Source: Camelus dromedarius (taxonomy: Eukaryota). From it: a stretch of DNA of 64,000 bases. The notes beneath the pieces are model-generated. The model saw only the letters and a program-made list of their open reading frames with translations. It searched no databases and was not told the DNA's origin. The DNA is taken from NCBI RefSeq assembly GCF_036321535.1, contig NC_087437.1:110300001-110364000 (forward strand), written 5' to 3'. Shown one piece after another: positions 13,105 to 25,346 of the stretch. Within the stretch, counting starts at the first letter, position 1, and each line of letters opens with the position of its first letter. The position numbers were made by a program, and so were the translations under genes.

Positions 13105-13255
13105 TTAGCAGCAAGAGGAATAGCACCTTCTGTAACAAAAGTGGTTGGTAGCCACAGCAGCCAGATCTGTACCCACAACCATCATCACATGCACAGCTGT
13201 AGCAGGAGCCACAGCCACAGCCACCACAGGGGTTTCTGTAGTAGTTGTAACACAT
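13105..13255 (-). pseudogene. KRTAP21-family (21-2-like) frameshifted gene/pseudogene
   Basis: ATG 13255: MCYNYYRNPCGGCGCGSCYSCACDDGCGYRSGCCGYQPL. One extra base in the A4 run at 13137-13140; removing it restores CYRRCYSSCC* (TAA 13105-13107). TATA is degenerate (TATATGAAAG, ~13330-13339). Confidence 0.8.
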
Positions 13256-15039
13256 GGTGTCAGGAGATGAGGTTTCAGTTGATGTGTAGAAGCATTTCTG
13301 AAGTCTGAATAGCATCCAGTCTCCTAGGACTTTCATATAATTCCAGGGATGGATAGGTCATACCACACATGGGCTCACTTCTCTAATTTGACAACAATTT
13401 ATCTAAAATGAGCTCATTCTGTTTACAAAAAATTTGTTAGTTTGACATTGTTTATTGCTATCCTAGGAATCTTCTCAAGCCTTAAAACAAAATAATAATA
13501 CACTTGCCAAGCCCCCAAATTTATGCAATCGTAATTTTATCTTCCATCATTGCATTTCATGACCATAACAGAACATATCACCAAAGTATGCTTGACCTAT
13601 AAATATGTGCTTATTATTTTGCTCTTTTGATATCTTGGAAATCATCTATCAGACATGAAGCTCTATTCACTGCTATTAATATGCTTTTCATCATCATCAT
13701 CATCATCATAGATCATCTTCTTTTTCCCTTCCCAAATATTTTGCTTTTTCCTTTATAATAACACACTCCACAGTATAATGCTGGTAAACTTATAAATGGT
13801 ACATCTTTCTTCTAAGTTTCAGAGGCTCTGTAGCAGAGATTTTCCTGGCACACAGATTAATTCATTTCTTAGTTGAGCCATTTACCAATCATCTGATCAT
13901 AGAAAACGTCCTCAACTTTATGAAATGCAGTTGCTGCAACTGCTAAATGGGAACAAAAATAACTGCATATATTTAAAAATTTGTCAAGAGGCCTGTAGAA
14001 AATACATGGGAAATACAAAGGTCGCAGCACAGATCCTGGTATATAGTGGAGACTCAATACATTCTATTTCTTTCCTCCTTTGCTTTAATCCAAGTAAAAA
14101 CATTCCCAAATAACAACATCTTTTCCAATATCTATATTTACTTGTACTGATATAGTTATTATACTAAAATTTTAAGGTTTACTTCAAAGTCGCTCTACTT
14201 TAATGTTGCTCTATTAATTAGTGTTTTTTATAACGACTTTTCAAAAATGACCCAACTCCCTCAGAAAATTAACTATCACACGATTGGCCACACTGCACCC
14301 TGCCTGAAGCATTTTAAATAATATTTCTGTAAAAATATAGTCTCTAGCAATACATCCCAGGGCTTGGCTTCATAGCATATTTTGAAGATCAATAATCATG
14401 AACATCTATTGAAATTACAAGAACCTAGTTGAGGAAAGCCTGTGTATTTAGTAAAGAGAAACTAGATTTCTGCATTCCAAGATTGTCACAGGATTGCTGT
14501 GTAAGAGTAAAGTCAGTCTCTATACGGAAGTATGGCCATATTGCAGTTGACAATTTCAGAAGAAATGAGTAATGTGTCATTGTACAGGGGCGCCTCCTGA
14601 TTCATGAGGTCATACTCTAAAAGTTCTATGAGAATCACACTAATAGAACATGCACTTTTCCCCTCTTTCCACTACATGTCAATTCAATCTGATTTAAAAT
14701 GTAGTCTGATCCAAATGCCCACACAGCTAGGCAGTATTCTCTACCTGTACAATACTTTATTTGTTGAAAAGAGTTCCTTTTCAGATGTCTATATCTGAAC
14801 CCTAAAACCATTTGGTGAGACCAGCAGATTATGAATTACGATGTCATTTAACAAAGGCTGCGGCTCAGGACGCTTGGGCTCCAAATCAAAATCAAGTTTT
14901 CTTGGTCTCATACAATCTATATAGTATTCTTCAGAGAAGAGAGGGAAGAAAGAATGTCTATTATTTTATTTTGTCTTACTGCATCATGATACCAATTGAT
15001 TTCATTTTCTTGTATACCTATTATTTTATACCTATTATT

Positions 15040-15735
15040 GAAAAGGGGTAGTGAAGGAGGACATTCTTGCCTTCTTCCTGATCTTAGCAGGAAACCTAGT
15101 TTTCACCATTAAGCAAGATGTTAGCTGTAGCTTTTTGTGGGTATTCTTTATCAAGCTGAGGAAATTCCCCTCTATTCCTGTTTACTGAGACTTTTTATCA
15201 TGAGTGGGTGATAGACTTTGTCAAATGCTTTTTCTTCATCTATTGATAGGATCACATGGTTTTTCTTCTTCAGGCTGTTGATGTGATGGATTACATTAAT
15301 TGATTTTTTTTAATGTTGAACCAAGCCATGCATTATTGGGACAAATCCCTGTTGATCATGCTGTATAGTTATTTTTTCATATGGTGTTGGATTCAATTTT
15401 CTAATATTTTGTTGAAAATTTTAGCGTTTGTGTTTATTTAAGATATTGGTCTGTAGTTTTCCTTATTTGTAATACCTTTGTCTGGTTTTCATATTAGGGT
15501 AATGCTGGCCTCATAGAATGAGTCAGAGAGTATTCCCTCTGCTACTATCTTCTGAAAGTAATTACAGAGAATTGGTATTACTTATTCCATAAGTGTTTTG
15601 TAGAATATATCAGTGAATGCATTTAGATTTGGTGCTTTCTGTTTTGGAAGGTTATTAATTATTGATTCAAACTCTTTAATAGATACAGTTCCATTAAGAT
15701 TGTCTATTTCTTCTTGCATGAGTTTTGGCAGACCA
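15040..15735 (-). mobile_element. Old L1 ORF2 fragment
   Basis: Antisense L1 motifs: tcttgccttcttcctgatcttag, ttttcaccattaag, gtaatgctggcctcatagaatgagt. Confidence 0.8.
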
Positions 15736-15919
15736 TGTGATTTCTTATAGCAAGTCAAGTTTATTAATGATTGTTAGAACAGCCTATAATTGTTTATTCA
15801 TTTTTATTTAGTTGTTTAGATGTCTGTTTAGTTTTTTTGACTTCTGTCTGTCTCCTTCATTAAATATGCCCTCTGTGAATACACAGATAGCCATTCTTAT
15901 TCAGTGTTACATTAGAGCC

Positions 15920-16215
15920 CACCAAAAAGATCTAAATGGCAGAGATGTGCCATGTTCATCGATTAGAAAACTCAATATTGTTATGAAGTCCATTCTCCCA
16001 AAATTTATCTGCAAATTCAACTCAATCTCAGTTAAAATCTCAGGAGGATATATTTGTAGTTGTTGACAAGCTGATTTCAACAATTAGATGAAAAACAAAA
16101 TAATTAGATCAGACAAAATAATCTTGAAAAAAAAACAAAGTAGGAAGTCTCACATTACCTAACACCAAGATCTACTACAACTGTGTAGTGAACAAAACCG
16201 TGTGGTATTAGTGGA
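15920..16215 (+). mobile_element. Old L1 ORF2 fragment (sense)
   Basis: Translates to KDLNGRDVPCSSIRKLNIVMKSILPKFICKFNSISVKI, matching the L1 ORF2 motif WKDIPCSWIGRINIVKMAILPKAIYRFNAIPIKI. Confidence 0.8.
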
Positions 16216-16680
16216 ATTATGGGCACTGAATAAACTGTGGATAAAGAAGTAAATGACCCTAAGGCTGAGGTAGTGGAGTAGCTGCCCAACTTTTCAGGGA
16301 GGCCACAAATACCAACATCAGTAACGATTCTGGCCCAAAAGACGCAATTACTTGCAGGAACAAATGACATTTGTTTATTGAAAAAAAATGCAATTTCTTC
16401 CAACTTTGGAGTACTTATGCTCATGGACAATACAAAACCATAGAATAGAATAACCAAGAATTCATATTTTGGACATAATCAGACTCAGATCTTCTGTCTT
16501 CAGGTAACAATGAGAGCATTCATAATTTCTCAATAACAAACAGCTTCTTTGAAGTAAACACAGGTGGTATCGAGCCCTTACTTGAATGTAGAGATTACAA
16601 AATGAAGCATCCTTTGGGAGAAAAGTGTTAAACTTTAAATATTATTTCAGAGGCATAGTGTATTCTAGGATGTTTTTCTG

Positions 16681-16839
16681 TCAGCAAGAGGAATAGCATC
16701 TTCTGTAGAAAAGTGGTCGGTAGATACAGCAGCCACAGCCAGACCCATAGCCACAACCAGAGCCACAGCCATATCTACAACCACAGCCAGAGCTCTATCC
16801 ACACCCCCCAAAGGAGTTCCTGTAATAGTTGCAACACAT
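16681..16839 (-). pseudogene. KRTAP21-family (21-2-like) pseudogene with a premature stop
   Basis: ATG 16839: MCCNYYRNSFGGCG*SSGCGCRYGCGSGCGYGSGCGCCIYRPLFYRRCYSSC*. TAG at codon 15 (16795-16797), frame otherwise intact. TATA mutated to TATGCAAAGG; AATAAA at 16374-16379. Confidence 0.85.
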
Positions 16840-18074
16840 GATGGCAGAGGGTGAGGTTTCAGGTGAGATGCAGAACACTTCTGAAGTTTAAATGTCACCT
16901 ACTACTCTGGAACCTTTGCATACTGACAGGAAGTCCAGGGCATACCATCAATTTTATGATTCGTGCAATAAATATTTACTTAATACCCAGTGTTTGCAAG
17001 TCACTCCTGTCAGTTGATAATGAGAGCACTTGGTCTTTTCATAGCTACAGCATCTGTCATAAATAAACCCATTATTTCAGAGTCTCCAGTTTTACTGGGA
17101 AATCATGTTTGCTTTTTGTCACCCAAGCATTGTTTTGAGCCAATTACAAAACTATAAAGTTTTCATCAATTACCCAATCACCTGAACACGTGATTCCAAA
17201 GATATATTTCATGTAACAAGGCTCTGTGGAAGGCAGGGAAGTTAATGTTTGGGCATGCAACTATTAAAATGAACTTGACTAATTACATTGAGTAGGTTAC
17301 TAATTATCAATTACATTGTAAGATATTTCATTGGAACACAATTCTGCTCTATACAGAAACTCCTCAACATTTTAGCTTATAGAGTTCCTATGAACCCAAA
17401 CACTTGTGAATGTAACTTTCTGATAATATTTTTTTTATCCCAAGAGCCATTTTTCAATAAATTTTTATCAACTCCAGGTGGTCATTTAGTTCAAACCAGA
17501 GCAACAAATACAAAAAAGATCCTTTGCAATGACACTTTTGAATGTTTTCTAAATCACGAATTTCCTTCAGACATTTTAATCTATTGGGTCCCAGTGAAAA
17601 TGGGAAAGTGGTAGGTAACTTGTAATAAGGAAACCGGGTACAAAGAGGTTTGGAAAGTTATTAAAAGTCCACAGCTAATTCATTGCCAAGACTGAGTATT
17701 TGTTCTTCTTTATTATGCTACATGGTTTTCCCTTCCAATCACTGGAGACCTGAACACTTGCTGTAACTAGTTTATTGTGGTGACTCATTTAATTTTTTTG
17801 TGAAATTACTCTTTTGTAAAATCCCCACATACTTCAGAATCTTTCATGATTCTCAATGTCACTTTGGATACTAATTAAAATGTACTTCAGTGTTTTGTTC
17901 ACAAGCCCTTCCCATCGAGTATGGCGGATAGTTCCTCTCACCCTTTCATTTTCACTCCGAAGTGATCTACCCTTGATATCCATTGGTGTGACTGGTCTCC
18001 TAGGCTCCGCTGATATGCTGGTATGATATCCACACAATTGGCCAGATAATTTAGAGAACAGTAGAGGAAGCCTT

Positions 18075-18510
18075 TGTAAATTACACCAAAAATGGCACCT
18101 TAGAAAAACACTCATCCATTATCTCACAGTCTTAGTGTATCAGGAGTCTAAGCACAGCCTAACTGGGGTCCCTCCTCAAGGTCTCACAATCTTGCAATCA
18201 AGGTATCAGCCAGGACATCTGCAAAATCTCTTTGCTGTACAAATTAATTAGAGTTACCGGGTTTAGAACACATACCCAAAATATTCCATGAAACATGTTT
18301 ACACTAAAAAGCAATCCATTTTTTTAATCTGAAATTCAAATTTATTTACATTGTGTTTTATGTGCCAACTCTAAACATAGCATAATCACAGGAGTATATC
18401 CCATCATCTTTTCAAAGTTAGAGGTGAGTTACAGATCCTTCTTCCTGCACCGAAGAGGAGGGGATCATACAAGGTTTCTCACTGGGGTCAACTTAGAATT
18501 CTCACTACAT
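18075..18510 (-). mobile_element. MLT1-like LTR remnant with a nested MER53-like hAT element (~18249-18373)
   Basis: attatctcacagt...tcaggagtctaagcacagcctaactggg...gcaatcaaggtatcagccagg; inner tagagttacc...atctgaaattcaaattt...gccaactcta. Confidence 0.55.
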
Positions 18511-19431
18511 ATACCTGGGAATTTACTCCTTAACCCCAACTAGTGATCACATTTCTTCCAGGACGGTTGAGGGCTATTGCAGTAAGGTTCCAACATATGG
18601 ACATTTTCCAAAATGTATTTCTTCTCTTTCCCTTGTCAAGAAGGATATTTCGTTTCATCCATAATTGACCAACTTCAATTCATCCCTTATATTAAACTAG
18701 CGGTTTGTCTCTTTTAGAAAGATTCCTGATCCTTCTCTCTACTTACTCTTTGTCCTGGCCTCTCTCTGGATTTCTTCCTCTGTATTTCCCAAACACTCCA
18801 GTGTATGATTCTATTGTAGCCATACTCTAATCTTTGTATAGAGTATGTATAAAGATTTTGAATAGAGGTTTGTTTTTGTCTGTTCCACACTTCAGAAAGC
18901 AGGGATGAGCTATTTTAGCTCTCTGTTCATAGCACATATGGAAATGTCCTTTATTAGGAGCTTAATAAGTGGTGAATGAGACTACTCCTTCATCTAACGT
19001 AAGATGTAGTTCTATTTCTTCAAGAATAACGATCTATCCACACATTCTCTTTTGCTCTTACTCTTCTCAAGACTGCAATTTCTTTCAGGTTTCCAGCAAT
19101 TTGAGAAACCACAGAAGTTATTTAACCATGGATGGTTGAATCTTGACTCCAGTTCTTGTGGTCTTCTTATATCCTGCATGAAGATTGAACTTCTAAAGCC
19201 AAAACATATTATAACTGGCCTCTCCTCCCCGATGCAGAAATATAAAAGTTTGCAGTTCTGTGTTTACCTGGTATCAGCATCTCCATTTTCACAATCAGGG
19301 TTCGAAGCTCAATTCCATTCCTAGCCTATAGTAGCCTAAAATAGGGTGGGACAAAATTTGCATGTAAAATCAGTTCATTCTACCCCTCTCCCTGAGTTTG
19401 TAATTTTCTCCTAAAGTAACCCTAGTAGTGG

Positions 19432-20073
19432 GCTTACAAAGCCAAACTTGTGTCTGCTTGCCAGCGCTCAGTAACGCCAATCTATTGACACCAGGTTGTA
19501 GTAAAGGAAAAGTACAGCTTTTATTGCAGGGAGACAAGCAAGGTGTCCAGGTAGCGAGTGAGTGCTTAAAAGATCTCAACTCCCTTAAGGCTTTCAGGGA
19601 AAGGTTTTCAAAGACAGGGTGAGAGAGGTGGGTTGTGGGGTGTGTCATCAGCTCACAGTCATTCTTCTGATTGGTTGGTGGGAGGTAATCTGGAGTCAAC
19701 ATCATTAACCTTTTGGTTCCAACCCGTCTGGGGTCTATATGTTTGTGGGCAGCAAACAATTAACTTCTTCCACCTGATGGAGGTTGCAGTAACTGCAGAA
19801 CAGCTCAAAGCACACGGCTCAGAATATTATCCATTGCCTTCGAAAATGAACAAAATGTTCTTGATTTTTGTTTAATGGCGAAACTGTTATAATTTTGTCT
19901 TACTTGACTGTTTTCCCTTCTTTCTCCATTTTCTCACTTCTCTGATTAAATGTACTCTTTGGGACTCAGGGAAGCCTAGGAAACTTCCTAGTGTTTCCAT
20001 AGACAAGAGGCAAGTGGAGGACATGAGAGGGGCTCTGTCCTGGGAAGCCCCTATAGAGTCCTGTTTGGTTACA
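19432..20073 (-). mobile_element. ERV1-like solo LTR
   Basis: Minus strand starts TGTAACCAAACAGG at 20073; AATAAA on minus at ~19520-19525; flanked by direct repeat gtgg(g) at 19428 and 20074. Confidence 0.8.
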
Positions 20074-21002
20074 GTGGGTGATCCTACCTGGGTTTAGAGA
20101 TTTCTTCCTCTTTATTTCCCAAAGGTCATTGAGCACCTAACGAAGAAGTCATTCTTGTTTCAGATGGTGTCACATATTAGAAAGAGCTTTTGTGTTGAGA
20201 AATTTGTGTGTCATTATCATCCTTTCACTTCACCCTATTTAGTGTCTCTAGAAAGAACCAGAGCATGTCTCCAATACTAGTCTTATTAGTTTTGCAATAC
20301 CAGACTTTCAGATACATAACTGTATACACCACGCTGAATTCCCCACAATTCCAAGTGTTAAGAAGAAATATATCTTTTTTCAAAATTATCTTCTCTAGGT
20401 TTCTCTTTCTTCTCCTTCTCTGTTGATGTGTAAGATCTTACAGGCTAGACCTTTACAAGTTTCCTGATGCTGTTCTGTTTCCTTTCATTATTTATGCTAC
20501 CACCCATATCCAGGGGCTTTTACCAGTCTCCAGGTCATGTATATACCTAACTATTTAGCCTTCTGCCTCTTCTCTTCCAATGCATCTTTTTTCACCATTA
20601 GCATTTTCGAAAACAGATTTTTCTGAGGCACTTGTCTGTGCGTGTATATGTGTGTGAATGTGATGATGAGTACATAAGTGCTGATCAGTGTGGAAAGAAA
20701 GAAATGAATAGACCTAGGGTCATGAAACACAAATGTTTAAGAACAAACCTTGAGTAAAATGAGTTAAGAACACAAGACTCAAAGAAGAGCCTTTTTTTTC
20801 AGGGAAATTCAAGATACATAACATGCTGTATGTCATGCGTACTGACCAACCAGAACGGAAGCCAGACACACAATCATAATGAACAGCTGTGCATTATCTC
20901 TGCCAGTCTCTAAGGAAGGCACAGAAATTGGAGTCAAAAATATAAACCAACAGCATGGCTGACACAAAAGACACATAAACTTGTTAGGACCAGTGAAACA
21001 TG

Positions 21003-21008
21003 TTTATT
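21003..21008 (-). terminator. Poly(A) signal of the 43-aa KRTAP
   Basis: AATAAA on minus, ~255 nt past the stop. Confidence 0.6.
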
Positions 21009-21262
21009 TGGAAATAATCACAATATAGAAACAAAATAAGAAGGTAGTGGGTTTACACTTGAACTAGGTACAAAATGAAGTTTTCTGCCTTCCAGGAGCA
21101 TTTTGGAGTAACTCAGGCTCCTTTAATTAGAAATAGGACTTTCTAGAAGGCAATCAGGCTGTGACTTCTCTATTTGATGAGAAATGATGTGATTTTTGAG
21201 GCACTGAAATGGAAAAAGGTTGAAATAATTATTTTAGAGGAGAAGTGCACTGCAGTTACATT

Positions 21263-21394
21263 CTAGCAGCTAGAAGAATAGTATCTTCTACAGAAAAATG
21301 GTTGGTAACCACCGCAGGCAGAACTACAGCCACAGCCATATCCAGAGCCATAGCCACAGCTACCACGGTAGTTTCTGTAATAGTCACAACACAT
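21263..21394 (-). CDS. Short KRTAP21-family (21-2-like) keratin-associated protein, 43 aa
   Basis: Manual translation: MCCDYYRNYRGSCGYGSGYGCGCSSACGGYQPFFCRRYYSSSC*. Uninterrupted, accATG context, intact TATA and AATAAA. Below the ORF-track size cutoff. Confidence 0.7.
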   Translation of the reverse strand: MCCDYYRNYRGSCGYGSGYGCGCSSACGGYQPFFCRRYYSSSC

Positions 21395-21481
21395 GGTATT
21401 TTACAGGCGGGAGTTCAGGAGTTCTACAGAGGAGCAGATGGAGGTTTCTGAAGTCTGAATGTCATCTCCTGCTCTGAGACC

Positions 21482-21489
21482 TTTATATA
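21482..21489 (-). promoter_or_regulatory. TATA box
   Basis: TATATAAA(GGTC) on minus, ~90 nt upstream of ATG 21394, same context as the array genes. Confidence 0.75.
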
Positions 21490-24400
21490 CTACCAGAAGT
21501 GGGTGGAGCACGTAACACAGACTCTGTGGATTCATTATCACCGCAATTTTTATTTCTAAAAAGCTTATCACACTAAGGACAACAGTTTTGGGGGATAGTT
21601 ATGCCCTAGCTAGTCATGAAAATTGTAAGGAAACAGATGTAACCTTCACACTGAACAAGTATGTCTTGTGGAATGTAATCAAACCAAATTTAGATTTTTC
21701 ACCTCAAAGGGCGTTAACTCTTCTGCAACTTCTAGTCCCATATATGTGGGAGATGCTGCAGCATCTTATATCTCAGCATCACTGACAGGAAAACACCAGG
21801 GCTGGAGAAGAAAGGCAAACAGGAGGGGCATTAGGTGAGGAATTCTCAGGTTATACCTACAAAAAAGTGGATGGAACCAGGTAGAGTGGCCACTAAAGTG
21901 GTGGCTGAAGCAAGGGTCAGATGAGGCAAAGAAGATCTGAATTAGTGCAAAGCAGAGATTTGATATAATATGCCAAAATAAAAACAGCCATGATTTTGTC
22001 CAATGCAACATAACCCACTCTAATTAACAGTTCTTGGAAATTTTCAGTATTACTTTCTTAGAAACATTTTGCCCACTTTAAAAAAAATCATCAAAATTGT
22101 ATCTGCTCAAATCCTACTTGAATTTTCAAAACACAGCTTAGGCTACACCTCATATAAGAAGCATTCCTGGGCATTCACAACATACATTAGCCTTAATTTC
22201 CATAGCTCCCTGCGCCTAAATCTAAATCTATTGTGATACTGCATGTTATATTAGCATGTTCGATTTTAATTACCTGATTCCCGCAGTCAACTGTAATTTA
22301 ATGCAAATAACTTTGTCTTTATTTTCTGTGAATCTAAAGAACTAAGCACTCAGAAACTGTTGAATGAGTGCCTATAAATTTTTTTCCTCTTGTAAAAATT
22401 GTTTTTATTTTGATGTATAGGTTGTTATATAGGGAAATAATAATAATAACAATTAATAATGTTTTTATTTCCCTTTATAGCTTTGAGGCACACTCACACT
22501 TATTACTTCATTTAATTCTTACAAAAACAATGTAAAATGGGAAGCTGTGGTATTTATTTTTAAATGCATAGATGAAAAAACAGAGGCCAAGGATAATTAA
22601 GTCTTGCCCAAGTCTCTCAGCTTTCAGTAGTAGAGCTGAATTGGTCCAAATCCTGTTATAACCATAAAAGTTAAGGAAGAACCCATGAATTATTTTTTCT
22701 TAGTTTTTAAGATGGAAAATATTCACTTTGAGTAAAATTATCAATATTTTGCAATTTCTGCCTTATGTTTCTACCCTCTAAATTTTCTTTGTCATCTTTG
22801 CCATTCTAGCTAAAGTGTGCTTTGAACCATCAAGAAAACAACTCAGTCCCCTCTCAGACCTGCCCCATAACTCTAAGTACCACACAGCGGCATTATGGCG
22901 GCTCTAATCATGCAAATGCATTATCTATTGAGAATACAATCTTCTTAATACTGCAAGTTAATCTCAGAAATTATAGAATTTCTAAAAATTTTTTAAATTT
23001 TAAGAATTTTAGAAATTTTGAGTGGAAATTATTATAACTTTTCTAGACATTCCAAATTTTAATCAATATAGGGTATGTATTAGCACTCTAGATCAGCAAC
23101 TTCCATGTCAAAATAAAAACGTCAGATTCTAGGTGTACTTCCTAATTATGATTGTCCTGCTTTTGCAGTTCTTTCCACTAAAATATATTCAAATTGGCTC
23201 CATTTCTGCAAACTCTGTGACCCTTTCTACATTTCATATTTCACATGCTTTCTCCCATAATAGCTCTAGCCTGACCATGTTTATTTGCATCTTTTCATTA
23301 ACTGCCCTACTAGACAGTGACTGAACAATTTAACTTTAAACAAAATTTTGAGTACCTACATCATGTAAGCAATATTCCAAGGCATAGAATTAAATAAAAT
23401 TACATATCAAGAGCCCAAGAATGAGCTCTGTGGTTTAGAAACTCTCCAGAGAGAGTGAAACACCTTTTTCATTGGACCAGTCTCCATCCTTTCACCACAT
23501 GCTACAGGAAAGATTATTTTCAATCTTTATATTTCCTCACTCATTCACTCTTCAATTTGTTGCAATCAATATTTACTGTTAACACCCCCCCCCCAAAAAA
23601 GCTCTCTTCATGAAAAATCTCATATCATTTGCCAAATTCAATGGAAACTTCTCAAGTAATTAATACAATAGGATGATAAAGTAAAAAGCAAGACCAACTT
23701 ATCAGAAAACAAGCCACTTCACTAAAACCAGTAATTTGTACTAATAATACAGTGACAAACGTATCAATGTATTTGGTGTCATAGTGCATGTTAAGAGTTC
23801 ATAACTATGGAATATATGTATGATAGATGTACAAAACATCTAACAGGAGAGTGCCTATGAATTTTACATGAGAAAATTGAAACTATTGATTTTCCTGGAT
23901 TTTCAAAATATCGTCAATACTAATAAGAAAAATATATAGGATTGAGCCACATAAAATTGTCATTTTTATAAATTAAGATGTTAAGTGTCACCAGTTTTTC
24001 CATAATAAGCAGCGTAATGATAAATATAATGACAAAAATCCACTGAGTTTGCAGAGTGGCATACCTTTGCATATTTTATTTAATTTAGTACTCTCAACAA
24101 TCCTGATCTATCCCTATTTTGTCATTTTGTCTTTGATTATACTGAGGCTCAGAAAAGTTAGATAATGTGCCCACAATCACACAACAAATACTGATGGAAC
24201 CTACACTTGAGCATAAGTGGGGTGACTCTGGAAGCTAGTCTTTTAATCACTATCTATACAATCTTCTTATTGTAAGTGTGATCAGTTGTATGACTTTGGG
24301 GAAATGATATTTTGCAGGAACGTACAGTTAAAGACAATGTTTCTTGTGCTGGAGAACATGAATATCAACTAAAAATAAGCTTTAAAGATTCCTGGATCTA

Positions 24401-25019
24401 GAGCAATATTGCAGCCCCTCTTCATTGATTTCCATGGATTTTTCTTTTCTTTCTTTTTTTTTCTTTTTTTTTTTTCTTTTTCAGGCTCATAAGTAATACA
24501 TATCTATTACAAAGCTTTCAAAGAAAAATTTTTTTCTCAATGACAGGAGGGAAATGGGAGTGGGGTGCTGTTAATTGTTTAATGACTTCTGCTGGGAGTA
24601 GGGGTCTAATATGCTCATTTCCATGGCATTCATCCTCCTAGCATGACTGGTCTCAAGTTAGCAAATGGCTTACAAAATTGCTGAAAATCTATATCATTTG
24701 CTAGTACTTTAAATTTCATATTTAAAATTTTAAATAATATGGAATTTTTTGTGTATAGTGTGAGGCAGTCACCCATCTTTTCTGTGTCTAAACACAAGGC
24801 CCACTGATCAAATAAACTACCTCAGATGAAAACTCTGTCTTTACTGGGAACCCCCCTGAAGTCTTCTGCAGTAGGTACTGTGGTCTTACTGGCTTAAAAC
24901 CATCTACTGCCTATACCTTGATAACATGGACAGATTGCCTCGTCTTTACTGGTAGCCTAACATGTCTTCTCTTCCTGACTATAGTTCTTTCTTGTCCAGC
25001 TTGTTGTGACCTTTTAAAG

Positions 25020-25346
25020 CCACATGGCAGAGTAGAAATATATCATGAAACACATGCATAATTTTAAACTTTCCAGTAGCCACATTTAAAAAAGACAAAA
25101 ATAAGCAGGTGAATTAATTTTACAGCATATTTTATTTAACCTAATGCATCCAAAATATTATCATTTAATATATAACCACTATTTTTTAATTATTTGATAT
25201 AGTTTCCATAATTGTCTTTACACTAAGTCTTTGAAATCTGATGTGTATTTTACACTTACAGCACCTTTAATTTTGTACTTAGCCACATTTCAGATTCTCA
25301 ATAGCCACCTCTCTCTAGTGGTTAGTTATCATATTGGACAGTGCAG
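25020..25346. mobile_element. MER33/MER3-like hAT-Charlie DNA transposon
   Basis: ttccagtagccacatttaaaaaag...ttagccacatttcagattctcaatagccac...atattggacagtgcag. Confidence 0.8.

Noticed and set aside
13256..13336. 27-aa N-terminal extension on the 13.2-kb KRTAP ORF
   Set aside because: The upstream ATG falls within the degenerate TATA box, upstream of the expected transcription start; the family start is 13255
19370..19875. ORFs of 64-129 aa
   Set aside because: They lie within a solo LTR and show no gag/pol/env motifs
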